A stretch of DNA of 64,000 bases. Source: Phoronis australis (taxonomy: Eukaryota > Animalia > Phoronida). The notes below the pieces were generated by a model. It had not been told where the DNA came from. It saw nothing but the letters and a program-made list of their open reading frames with translations, and did not search any database. The DNA lies in NCBI GenBank assembly GCA_002633005.1, contig NMRA01000048.1:1165582-1229581 (forward strand). Direction: 5' to 3'. This document shows positions 13,758 to 25,307 of this stretch, one piece after another (position 1 is the stretch's first letter; every line of letters starts with the position of its first letter). The position numbers and the translations under genes are program-made.

Positions 13758-13848
13758 GTTGTTGGACCACAACAATATGTCCACCTGTTGTTGGACCATA
13801 ACAATATGTCCACCCGTTGTTGGACCATAACAATATGTCCACCCGTTG
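13758..13848. repeat. About three copies of a 29-bp unit (GTTGTTGGACCATAACAATATGTCCACCC)
   Basis: Directly visible. Confidence 0.85.
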
Positions 13849-14909
13849 TACCTTGTTATTACACTTTAAACATGGTTCAGTTTTTAACACAGTCCAACAC
13901 ATTATAGAAGCATATTGCCCTAAACTCCACTTAGCATGAAGGTGTGAAAAGCAAGTAAAACGAGATTTGAAATGAAAGAGAATGCAAAATGACTAGTATC
14001 ACAGAAGCTTTTAAAACAAACATCCATTACTAAAGTGCAGAGAAACAATGGCTATTAAAATCAACTATGTTTTAATAGTCACTGCGAGTCAAAAATGCTG
14101 CAAAAGTAAACCCTATACTTAAACAATGACCATAAAATCACGAATTGCAACATTTCAGTTGACTTATAATAAGGTTAAAACCTCAATCTTTGAATAACCA
14201 AGTTAAACTTTTGACAGGTAATGTGGACAATGAACTCGTTTTGTAATCTTGTCACTTGAAATCAAACTTACTTTTGGCATTTTCTACTCTACTGTTGTAC
14301 AAACTCAAGATACGCGTCTATTATCCTATGCTCAAGTACGTAACGTCTTACACGGATTACTTTCCAACCTTGCTTGCATTTCATGACCCCAGCATCGATG
14401 CTAAGAATTAACACCTGAATTCAAAACTCATTTAAAGCCACAGCTCGCCCTGTTTCGCTGCATAAGAAATGAAAATCGCATTTAACATTTTGCTCTCATC
14501 AAATCAGTCTCTAATATTCTTTGTTGAGATAGGATTCTATTTACTCATTGCCCGTGACTTGACTTGATTACGGATATGGAATCCTAATACTGTAAGTAAT
14601 ACACAACCAATTTTATGAGAATAAAAGGCCGAATCCAATTTCATTATTAGCCAGCCAAAAGGAGAGAAATGAAGCTTTAAGTCAAAATGAAAACAATAAT
14701 AAATCAAACAAGTTTTCACCATCTTATCATTCCTGTGAACGTCGCGTTCCAATCTAAACACTTACTATTGTCAAATTCTTCCACTAGCTTGTATAAATTA
14801 TGACCAGATGCCACAATGACCAGATGCCACAATGACCAGATGGATTTTATGAAATTAAGTTGGACTATCAGACTTTAAATACTGGGAGGCAACTGAACTG
14901 AGACAGACT

Positions 14910-14996
14910 TTATAAAAGCTTAAGAGACCCTGTGACTTGGTCAACAAGATCGACTCTTCCCATAATTCCTAAAACAGTCACTGATCCGGGAGCAAT
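14910..14996 (-). CDS. PTRH2: UBA-domain peptidyl-tRNA hydrolase 2, last coding exon: IAPGSVTVLGIMGRVDLVDQVTGSLKLL*
   Basis: ttttcag| acceptor; canonical PTH2 C-terminus (PGS.TVLG..G....VD.VTG.LKLL). Confidence 0.96.
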   Translation of the reverse strand: MAPGSVTVLGIMGRVDLVDQVTGSLKLL

Positions 14997-15637
14997 CTGA
15001 AAAAAGACAATTGAGTGGTATATTAACTAAATTTCGGAAAAAAAGTCAAATACAACCAGAATTGATTTTTTTTCAAGTAAACTAAAAGACAAACTATTGG
15101 TAATTCCTCACACAATATGATGGACAGGTGAAATTCCATTTTGCCAAATTTCTCCATGGTTTTTAATGTTTAAATGCCGTAAAACAACATTAATTTGGGC
15201 AAAGTTCACATTATTTGCAACATGGTAATCAGCTTTCAAACAATGTAAAAATAATCATTTTGCCAATTATTTTTGTGCTAAATCAGTGAATTACTGTACA
15301 CAAACTAGAAGCAGCATACCATGCAACTTGGTCTTGGTACCACGAACATCTGACTTTCAAGCATCCAAAAGTTTTACTGTGTGTCAGTAAGTAAGCAGTA
15401 CCATCTATGAAGGGTGCACATAGGCGCGTAAGTGTATGTTTGTATATGTACGGACAGTTTAAAATATTGCTTTAACAAAACCTTAAACAATCGACTCTCC
15501 CCAGCAGTTCTTCCATTCAAACACTCCAATATCTTCCTTATCATGTACCTTGTCCCCCCGGAATTTTTTTTGGCAATTTCTGTAGCACGTATCCATGGAA
15601 ACAATGCACTGCCACGGGTAAGTTCATACCTACATAC

Positions 15638-15752
15638 CTGCGTCCTACCAGCATCCTGCACCAGATAGTTAGGCAGGTCATGCTCCTGAGCTCTCTGGGA
15701 CAAAGACATCAGCTGTTGAGTACTCTCACCTTTTAAAACAATCTTTGTCTCT
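15638..15752 (-). CDS. PTRH2: PTH2 exon: ETKIVLKGESTQQLMSLSQRAQEHDLPNYLVQDAGRTQ
   Basis: ttatag| and |gtatgt; KIVLK and catalytic DAGRTQ motifs. Confidence 0.97.
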
Positions 15753-17091
15753 CTATAAAGAGAAGCAAACTTCTAAGTGTTATCAGTGCAGTGACCTTTC
15801 AAGTTCACTTGGGGAAATGTTCAAAAGATAGTTTACTAAATCAGTTTTTGACTTATTTTCAGATATTTTAAAGCAATGACTTCCCATCTAACTCTTTAAA
15901 ACAAAATAATGTACCATCAGCAACCCTCATAAGTGAACAAAATTTGAAAACCACTCCTTATCAAGTGCACAGTGCTAAGCATGAGCCAAGTTGCAAGACA
16001 CGCAGGATCCATTTTATGACTTGGAAAGTGTTTTATTTTTGATCACTCAAGTGAGACATGAATGATGTGTCAGCAGGGGACAGCATGAGGATAGGTTAAA
16101 ATCACTAAAACCGGTCTTAGGATCTTTTTACGGTTTTGTAATTCAAGTAATGTTGAGGCAAAATAAACCGAGACGCATAATGACTAAAAAAATTTTTATC
16201 CACAGGCATATATTTGTTTTTCTAACCTGAGTGTCAAAGCAGTCTTGCATGTTCCTTTTACAGACAAGTGTTTATGTCAGTAACAACACAGGGATTATCA
16301 GCAAGTGTGAGTGTTTAGTCAAATATCTACAAAACTACGATTTTTAGCTCAGTTAAAGTGCTTATACACTTTGAATCTGAAAGTAGAAAGCCTGTAGAAT
16401 CTGGTTTGTGACATTATACATACCAATTTGACATTAATTGGAGCATGCAACCATGCTTTTTTAGTAAAATTTTTCAAAAAAAGAAAAATACATTGATAAC
16501 AAAACAACATTATCAATAACATGGCAACTATTCATTCAATTATTAGATTTTCAAGATGAAATCTCAAAAACGCTCTTACAGTTTTCTAATTTATCATTTC
16601 GTTTTTGTTTTTTGGAACTTCCGAGTTTGTTCATAACAATCCTAAAAGTCCTATAGTTGATAGCCTCCATGCAAATATGGAGCACTTTAAAAACTATTCT
16701 TAACAAAATTTGAAAAAACATCATGACAATCAGAAAATTTCATATAAATCCTATCATCCATTTCTGTACCAAAATCAGCCAAATTTGAACATGTTTCTAT
16801 TGTACTACATAGCCTGAAGTCGCCTTAGGTGATATATGTGCCACACATTTTAAGCAATACAGGCTGGGGCCCCCTCCTTTCACTAAACATTCCTTTGTTT
16901 CAGAAGACTACAGCACCAATATAGTGCGACAAACAGTAGATTCAAATTTCCAGAAAAGCCTTCTGGTAAGGACGACACCACCTGGGTTCTAAGGCAAAAC
17001 CCCTCCAACATGATAGATATAACAAATTTCAAAAGACCACTTTCATCCAATACTGGGCCAAACATCCCAAGATATATTATTAAGTACCTAC

Positions 17092-17180
17092 CCATATTGT
17101 TCCCAACTGAGTAACATTTCACCGTATTTATCCTGACTCTCACACATCAACTTGAACAGGCCGAGAGCAGCGTGAGCGAC
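17092..17180 (-). CDS. PTRH2: PTH2 exon: VAHAALGLFKLMCESQDKYGEMLLSWEQYG
   Basis: gcacag| and |gtaggt; HAA and W...G motifs. Confidence 0.95.
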
Positions 17181-17971
17181 CTGTGCAAAAGTGGACATTT
17201 TGGTTAGCCTCACGGTAACTAGTGACCTCAAGCACAGTAATTCTGTTTACCTTTAAGGTTATGTATTGATAAGTCTGCACATTAAGCCAAATATTTACAA
17301 AACTATTGAAATTAATAGCGTAATGTAAAGTATATATTTTCTGAAAGCGGAAGTCAGTAGATTTTGGTAGTTAACAGCACACCAATCTGTCATTGATTAG
17401 GTCAAGTGAAAAATTTGCCAAAAAAGGTACATTCAAAGCAAAGTAACAGAATCGATAACATAATGAAATTTTATGGATATAAAGGTTTAAGATGAATACT
17501 AAAAAACTTTAATTCTTACACTTTTTCTTCTAAAGTATCACTTCAACTTTGATATTCCTCATAAGAATCATGAAAGTCCTAATTTTGACAGCCCCTAATG
17601 CCAAACTGGAATATTTTAAAAATTATTGACAGCATTTTGCAGGGAAGTACAAAAAGCATAGTGTGTGAAAGTTTAATATGAAACGGATAAGCCATTTCCG
17701 AATTAGACAAATTGGGACAACTTTTTATGGTCTTACATAACTTCAAAGCAAACTGCCTTATGAGTACACTCACAATTCTCTCCCATCACTTTTCAGAATT
17801 CATTCAGAACTTCACAAGATATGTCAGAATGCCTAAAAGTACACAAAGCCAATACATGGACGGTTCCTTCCATAGCTACAATGTTGCCTTAAACTAGCAA
17901 CTTCCCTTTAACCAGAAACAGGATTGGGGAACATTAAAAACTGATATTAATCACTGGAAGACGATGGTTAC

Positions 17972-18067
17972 CTGCGCACACTTCTTGCCTAAACCCATGT
18001 TTAACTCAGTATTGAGCACAAACACCATCTTGAAGTAGTCCTCTTCCTCATCTTCACTTGACTCTGA
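17972..18067 (-). CDS. PTRH2: PTH2 exon: SESSEDEEEDYFKMVFVLNTELNMGLGKKCAQ
   Basis: gtttag| and |gtaacc; acidic linker then the PTH2 N-terminal motif KMV.V...L.MG.GK..AQ. Confidence 0.95.
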
Positions 18068-18640
18068 CTAAACAAGGCTGAGATTTAGTGAACAAACAAG
18101 TTTTGTTAAAGGCATACTTCTGAAGTAAGAAACTAAATATTTTGAATTGCCAAATTGTGCTCATGAAAAACAAAGTTGTGTAAGTCAACGTCACAGTTGA
18201 TTACTAATGCATTTAATAAACTGAGATGCTCTGAACTTGTGACCTGTGACATCATTCCCAGAAGCAATCTTAATATCAGAAAAGTTAGCTAGCACATGTG
18301 GCAGGTCAGTTGTCTCTGTGATTAGCAGCTAGACAATGATAAGCAGTTCTGCCATAACTGTTTGTTGCATATTAGGTTTAGTGCAGAGAATTGACCATGA
18401 CATATGTCTACGAATTATGTAGGTGACCAATCATGCATTTGCATACCGAGTGACATTTTCATTAGCAGCATGCATTTTTGATCTTACAAGTTCAGAAACA
18501 TTTAAGATACATACAAGAAAGTGAGCAGTTCTGGAGTATACATAGTTTAACACTGCACTCCATGAAAACCGTTATAATATAAACTATAACGTCAAGTATA
18601 GCAACAATACACCCATACAATAATAATGGCATCACGACAT

Positions 18641-18805
18641 AACACTCTACACTTTCAAGGCAAATATTATCACTACAATAATGGACTTACAACATGACAC
18701 TCTACACTTTCAAGGCAAATATTATCACTACAATAATGGACTTACAACATAACACTCTACACTTTCAAGGCAAATATTATCACTACAATAATGGACTTAC
18801 AACAT
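18641..18805. repeat. Three copies of a 55-bp unit overlapping the PTH2 exon donor site
   Basis: AACACTCTACACTTTCAAGG...GGACTTACAACAT x3. Confidence 0.92.
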
Positions 18806-18878
18806 CGTCAACAGCAGGATTTTCATATATCCAGGCTATGGCCATTTCTGCACTGTGATTCTTTGTGTGGTAAAGTGC
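18801..18878 (-). CDS. PTRH2: PTH2 exon, second half of the UBA domain: ALYHTKNHSAEMAIAWIYENPAVDDV
   Basis: tttcag| and |gtaagt; phase 0-0; UBA helix pattern AL..T.N.S.E.A..W. Confidence 0.93.
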
Positions 18879-19627
18879 CTGAAATTATATTTTAAAAAAT
18901 AATTAACAAGGGAAAGCTGTCACAATATCCCTGGGCATGTTACCCAATTTCAAATAGGGGTGTGTTTACAGAATACTACTGTATTTTTAGTACAAGCTTG
19001 GTTACGACTAGAGATATTTTCTTGCACTATATTTTCAGGTGAAGCGCTACGAGTTAAATAAGGGCTCTATGGTAGAAAAACCGAGAGGGACAAGACCCAC
19101 TAAAATGTTGTACAATTAGAGCACCAGTCCTGAGGACGTAATCACCTTTGAGACACATTTTTGCCAATGCAGCCTATTTTTTGGTGTCAAGACAGGTACC
19201 AACATCATGACAATGAGTTTAGTGCTACAGGGATCTAAAGACTGTACACACCCCAGGCTTAAAAATTTTGTGCATATTGTGTCAAGACAAATATGTGTTT
19301 TATTGGAGAGTACAGCTTTACCTCAAAATTTTAATTTCACATCAAAAGTTCAGAAATTAATCAAGTTAACATGTCCATTTTTCTCCAGTAAAGTGGGGGT
19401 GTAGCACAAAGACAATATATTTGGCATGTTCAAAAGTCACTAAATACCCTTAAAATATAACTTGACAAGTCACACACGTGATAGCCAGACAATTCAACTC
19501 AGAGCAATGCAACAGCTCATCAGCAATGCCCTCTATAAAGAGACAACCAAGAAGATTTGTGCCACATGACGTCTTGAAAAAACAAAAATTTCGATGTGTC
19601 TGTGACAGCTGCGGCAACAGTCACCAA

Positions 19628-19822
19628 ATTTTGACCATTACCATTTTGACCATTACCATTTTGACCATTATCATTATTATTTTGACCATTACCATTTTGA
19701 CCATTATCATTTTGACCATTATCATTATTATTTTGACCATTACCATTTTGACCATTATCATTATTATTTTGACCATTATCATTTTGACCATTATCATTAT
19801 TATTTTGACCATTATCATTTTG
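19628..19822. repeat. Intronic minisatellite with 15- and 21-bp variants of TTTTGACCATTA(C/T)CA(TTATTA)
   Basis: Directly visible; source of the low-complexity NDNGQ / ILTII ORFs. Confidence 0.93.
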
Positions 19823-20274
19823 AGCTACCTGAAGACCCTGCGTCACACAGATCCTGTGTTAGACAGAGTCACACTCATTCACCAACACGACTCTTGTAAA
19901 GGATTGTCTTCAACTTAGCCTGTCTGATGTCAGCAACTTATTCAATATTAGCCTACTGAGGAAACAGTAAAAGCGGGGACTTGGTGTGATGCCTGAAGCA
20001 TCTATAAAGCATGGAAAAGTCAGGGTCACAGCTGATCAGTTTGCCAAAAATTGTCATTTCTGATCACTTGTTAATTAAGTGGCACCGCCTGGCCATCAAA
20101 TCGATTGGTTTGTTGGTCAGTGCTAAAACTTATGAGCAGAGCATGTAATTTTTTCCACATTTTACTTGTCAATATAAGAGCAGGCGTGCATTCTACAGCG
20201 GCGAGAATCTCGTGAAAACGCAAGACTTTGTAAGATATCGCAATGTATTACAAGCGAAGTTCATGATCACAGCT

Positions 20275-20509
20275 TCCTGAGCAAGACTCTTGCGTCTACA
20301 GAGTCCTGAGCAAGACTCTTGTGTCTACAGAGTCCTGAGCAAGACTCTTGTGTCTACAGAGTTCTGAGCAAGACTCTTGTGTCTACACTGTCCTGAGCAA
20401 GACTCTTGTGTCTACAGAGTCCTGAGCAAGACTCTTGTGTCTACAGAGTTCTGAGCAAGACTCTTGTGTCTACAGAGTCCTGAGCAAGACTCTTGTGTCT
20501 ACAGAGTTC
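20275..20509. repeat. About eight copies of a 29-bp unit (TCCTGAGCAAGACTCTTGTGTCTACAGAG)
   Basis: Directly visible. Confidence 0.95.
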
Positions 20510-20999
20510 TAACCAGATCTGGGTGAAGTAAATGTGAATAAACACCAAGTTAGTATCAAGGATTGATAACTCTTGTGTTGCTGTCACACACTTATCTGAG
20601 CATATAAAGCACTTGTCTGTCAATTTTCAGGGGTGGTCAATCGATTTTGAAAACATCATCACTAAAAAGGTAACACCTAATCGTAATCAAAATAGTAGTT
20701 GCCCACAAGAAAAAAAAATTAAATGCCTAACAAAATTGAGATTTCATAACAACAAGAAAAATGCAATTGGTCATGAGTGTTACTGGTGTAACAGTGGACC
20801 CACCCATTTTGAGACTGTAAACAAGGTCCTTCAAGTCTCTTGAGATGCTATAACCTGTCTGAACATAAAACATTTCAATTTTCAGAAAAACTGTATAATT
20901 CCATTTATTATACATGTTCTGAACCAAAGCTAGGAAAAATAGATGACCTGGCCTGACAAATCATGGAAACACATTGGCAAATCATAGCCATTGCCATAC

Positions 21000-21203
21000 C
21001 CGAAGGGCCGTTTCCTTTTCAATCCCCATGTTGAGAAGAGCCGCTAGAAAGTCTGGTCTCGGTTCAAATCCTGGCCTGTCGCGGCCACGCGGAGCAGTTG
21101 AGTCTGAACGGTCGATTGATGATGTCTCTTTGACCTGTTCGCCAGAGGGCACTGATGTGCCACCGCTGGCACCACTGGCTCCATTGGAGTTTTCCTCACT
21201 CAT
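21000..21203 (-). CDS. PTRH2: PTH2 first coding exon: MSEENSNGASG...FEPRPDFLAALLNMGIEKETALR (first half of UBA)
   Basis: ATG at 21203 with an in-frame stop upstream; donor |gtatgg at 20999; UBA 'L..MG(I/F)' motif; exon acceptor at 21243/21244 implies a 5' UTR exon upstream. Confidence 0.9.
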
Positions 21204-21879
21204 AACTCGGTATGGATGAACGTGAAACTGGATCTCACATCACTGAAATTACAACAAAAAGACACAATTCAGCAAATAAACTGACCCTAAATCTGCACAT
21301 CAAATTTGTGACTTTGATGGTTTGGCCAGTGTGAGGAATAATTCGCCAAAAGGCTTGCGGTGTTTGAGAGCCTAAGTGATGACTGGGTCTGGATGGCCAC
21401 TGTCTCGCTCCTGGCCTGCATTGTTGGTATTTAAGAACTATTAACTAAAATCACAAATATTCGCTGTGCACCTTGACCTCAGCGCGCTCTTCGTCGTAGC
21501 CTCGGTACAAATCAGTATATTAAATTTACACATTTGCACCAATGTGAGTAAAAAACTGACCAGATAAAATTTGACACAAAATTAGAGTCATTAAAAACTA
21601 CACTCTTCCTTGAGTAAATTATATTATTTATTGGTGTAGGAAAATTGGCATTCTAACGTTATTCTGCTGCTAAAACTGTGGTACAAACTTTTGCGTAAGC
21701 TTTCGGCGCCAAGAAAAATTGCGTCACCTAAAGGCCATTTTTTTCGCTGATTCTTCAATCAACTGTTGTTCTTCCATGAGGTTGCAATGGTTGCATAACC
21801 AACACAACAATGGTTGCATAATAAACACAACAAATTATGGGAGCTGGTTTCTCGTTACAAGTTTTCAGTATTTTTATAC

Positions 21880-22030
21880 TGTTGTAGATGTGCTTCCAGT
21901 GAATTATATGAGCTCTGTTAGCTACTCGCTAACGGGCAATTGCCTATTAGCTGAATGGTTAGCACGCTTACTGGTTTTATGGGGGTCGCTGGTTCAATTC
22001 CCGGGTCGGGTAATATCGGCTATTACTACA
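21880..22030 (+). mobile_element. 151-bp solo-LTR-like element with a tRNA-derived Pol III promoter (Helenus-like TRIM), copy 1
   Basis: TG...CA ends (TGTTGTAG...CTACA), flanking ATAC duplication, box A TAGCTGAATGG, box B GGTTCAATTCC; second copy at 22986-25383. Confidence 0.75.
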
Positions 22031-22406
22031 ATACTAGCAAACCGAATTTCATAACAAATTTTCTGCTGCGAAGTTGTCATCATCTCCCGCAAAAATTAAG
22101 GAAAATGTCAGGTATGCGTAACAAGAATGTACTGTTTTCCAACAATGACACACTTTTTGTTGTTACAAAAGGCGGATAATTACGCAACAGTATGACGTAT
22201 TAGATTGTTTTTTGCTTAAACTGATGTAATGGGTAAAGTGAATGTTGGTTTGCTCCCACATTTTGCATACACCCCGCCGGTCTTTAGCTCTACAAGTTGA
22301 TACAAGTTTCACGATGAGGTGACGAGCAGACGGGGCTGTGTGTAATCGAAGGCACTGGTCGGATATAGCGGTCCCTGATTTTGAAAACCAGTTTAATCTA
22401 CTGAAT

Positions 22407-22738
22407 AACTGGCTCATTATTCATTCAGTGAGTGCCTTGTAACATGATGGGCTCATTATTCATTCAGTGAGTGCCTTGTAACATGATGGGCTCATTATTC
22501 ATTCAGTGAGTGCCTTGTAACTGGCTCATTATTCAGTGAGTGCCTTGTAACTGGCTCATTATTCATTCAGTGAGTGCCTTGTAACTGGCTCATTATTCAT
22601 TCAGTGAGTGCCTTGTAACATAACTGGCTCATTATTCATTCAGTGAGTGAGTGCCTTGTAACTGGCTCATTATTCAGTGAGTGCCTTGTAACTGGCTCAT
22701 TATTCAGTGAGTGCCTTGTAACATGATGAGCTCATTAT
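22407..22738. repeat. Minisatellite, ~30-38-bp variable unit (TAACTGGCTCATTATTCATTCAGTGAGTGCCTTG)
   Basis: Directly visible, about 10 copies with internal indels. Confidence 0.93.
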
Positions 22739-23087
22739 CCACTTCCTGAATTTGTTTAAACTGACTGTCAGAGTAATTAATCATGTCGACAACATTAATT
22801 AGTCTTGGCCACAAACATTTTGTTTACAGTGCATGGCTGTGCATGCTAGTAGCTTTGTAGCCTCAGTCATGCTTTGTACATTATACTGTTCATTTCATTT
22901 AATAGATACTTATATCTGTATAGAAACAAGTCTCTTTTTCCTTCGTCTTCATAGTACACAAAATATTACATGCCAGTGATACCTATGTAGCAATAGCCGA
23001 GATTACCCGACCAGGGAATCGAACCAGTGACCACCATTGATAAAGCCGGCAAGCGTGCTAACCATTCAGCTAATAGGCAATTAATTG

Positions 23088-25307
23088 CAGAGGCGGATCT
23101 ACGGGCGGGGGGGTTCAGGGGGTTTAAACCCCCCCTCGGGCCAGGACCCAAAAATTAAAATAAAAAAAACGTCTCCAGCAAAACAAAAACGGCACCGCCA
23201 GCGTGTGTAAACCCCGAGTAAACCAACTTGGAAAAAATGAGAGGGGGGTTCACTCTGAAAATATATTTTTTGCATTGTGAATTGCTGTTATGAAAATCAA
23301 CGCGTTTCGAGTCTTTGTGGCTCATCGGCGAAACCCCGCAGATCAATTGTGCGCGCGCTTCCGACGACATTTCTGAAGTAGCCAAGCATCCACCGCTGAA
23401 AAAGCAGCCCTATAGCTGATTTCTTTAGGTAGCTAGTTTCTTTACTCTAAGATATGTTTTGATTTGATTAGGGGAAATACTGTGGTGCCGCAACCCTGAT
23501 ATTCAGGCGAATTGATGGGCAACGTTTTTACCTCATCTGTCATGCCGTGTCATCCTATTACACCCCACACGTTTGACTGGTGTATTGTAAAGTTGTCTTG
23601 CGCAATATCATACAGTGTACGTGTACATGTAATACTTTTGAAAAAAAAAACTCGTTTTCCGAAGAATTGCTATTGTGGCAGGCGCCGTGGTCTGGTGGCG
23701 AGTCTGTTTGAAGATCATAGAACTCTAACAAGTTATGACTATACAAGGAATGACCAAGGGGGCACTCACATTAACAAAGTGACCGCATTCGCGAACAGTG
23801 TACAGTACCAGAAATTGCGGGGAGGCTGTATTTTCACAACAAAGTCTTGCGGGACTCGTGCGATGTTCAATGGGCCTTCTAAGGAGCTCTAATGCCGACC
23901 TCAACCGCCTACCGTCTTTCTACCTGCAATAAGCACCAGTGAGGTTTTCTATAGGCCCTACTGAGATGATTTCCGCAGAAAGGCCCACGCGACGAAACGC
24001 CCATGCCCATGGGCATTTATTTGATGTTAGTACTTCGGGTTTCAAGCGTTCACACATTGGGACGTTTATTTCGAAAGTTGCAAGAGATGCAAATGGGTCC
24101 TGGGATACATCGTCAAGGTTTGAAGTAGTCCATGATGAACGGAACAAATTTAGTTGAGCATGTTGTAAGTCTTTTGAATGGACTTGGTAACCTCAGGGGG
24201 CTTAGTGCCAACTGAGCTGCGAAACGAGATGCTGACATTGTAGAGGTGGACAAGGTCATTGACACAACAGTTGACGAAGTGCAAGCGTTGGGAACAAACG
24301 TCGAAGATGTCTGGGTAGAATGGTTCTAAGACAAGCAAACCATTGGATCCGATATACAGAATCCTCGGCAGTCTAGACAGCAGGAAGATAGGACCAACGT
24401 TCCTGGTGAAACACCCAGGTAATAAGTTATAATTATTCACAGTTTGTAATAATGTCGGTTTTTTATGCTTGTGTACAATGAAAACGAAATAGAAATTATT
24501 TTTAGACATGCCAAATTTACCCAGTACACCAGAGGGTCTACGAGCGCACAGAAACTGATTCTGGTTTGTATTTCCACATGAGTCTATCTGCTTCATATCC
24601 AAAATCTTATTTCACACAGTGCGTAGTTAAATCTGTACCCAATACTTATTTCTTCCAGTGAGTACTACAGAACGGTGCGAAAACCCTTCCTTGACAACCT
24701 CTCGCAGCAGTTGACCACCAGATGTGTAAACTACACGTACGAGCAACCACTGGGGATTAAAACGTGTCTAGAGAGAAGTTTCAATTCAAAATTTTTTGCA
24801 AAGTACGCTTTATGTCTCACGACGGACCAGGCCAGCTTGATTTGTGTAGATATCGAGTTTCAGTGTACTTCTGGTCCCTCGGCGAACTAGTCTTGTGATG
24901 CTTTTTACCAAAGTGTGCTTTGTAAAACTATTTATCTCAACCAGTACTGTTTGGTCCCGCTACAGATCGACTATTTTTATAAGGATAATAAGCACACAGG
25001 TGTACTTTTGGTCTCGTGACGGACGAGGCCAGAGTTTTTGTGTACTCTCAGTGTACATCTTGTAATCTTCTGATATTACGAAATCAGAATATAAGACTGG
25101 TCCCTCTAGGAACTACTACTGTATATCTTTTCACCACGGTGTAGGCTTACAGGGTGTTTTGGTTTCGTGGAACTGTTTTCAGATGATTTGTTTCCTGATA
25201 CATTTGACGTTTTTCAATTGTTGTCAACGTGATTCAGCTTAATAAAGTGATACTTAATTGCGGGAATCCTAAACCCCCCCCTTACTGAAAACGTAGATCC
25301 GCCACTG
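23088..25307 (+). mobile_element. 2220-bp hAT-superfamily DNA transposon (decayed), 5-bp TSD
   Basis: 16-bp TIR CAG(A/T)GGCGGATCTACG; AATTG on both flanks; G/C-run subterminal motifs; internal transposase remnant. Confidence 0.88.
24077..24723 (+). pseudogene. Decayed hAT transposase fragment (PRKRIR/THAP12/ZMYM1-like), with an intron at 24419-24658
   Basis: Fragments GSWDTSS, LGNLRGLSA, KRDADIVEV, NPRQSRQQEDRTNVPGETPS|EYYRTVRKPFLDNLSQQLTTR match the 'PR...RQ..R.NVP..TP.EYYR....PFLD.L...L..RF' motif; stops and frameshifts present. Confidence 0.8.

Noticed and set aside
19478-19918. NDNGQ-rich and Ile/Thr-rich ORFs resembling biomineral or membrane proteins
   Set aside because: Produced by a 15/21-bp minisatellite inside a PTH2 intron; unit lengths divisible by three keep several frames open.
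21942-22012. Functional tRNA gene (also 45072-45140)
   Set aside because: Acceptor and anticodon stems pair poorly and there is no oligo-T terminator directly after; better explained as tRNA-derived parts of mobile elements.
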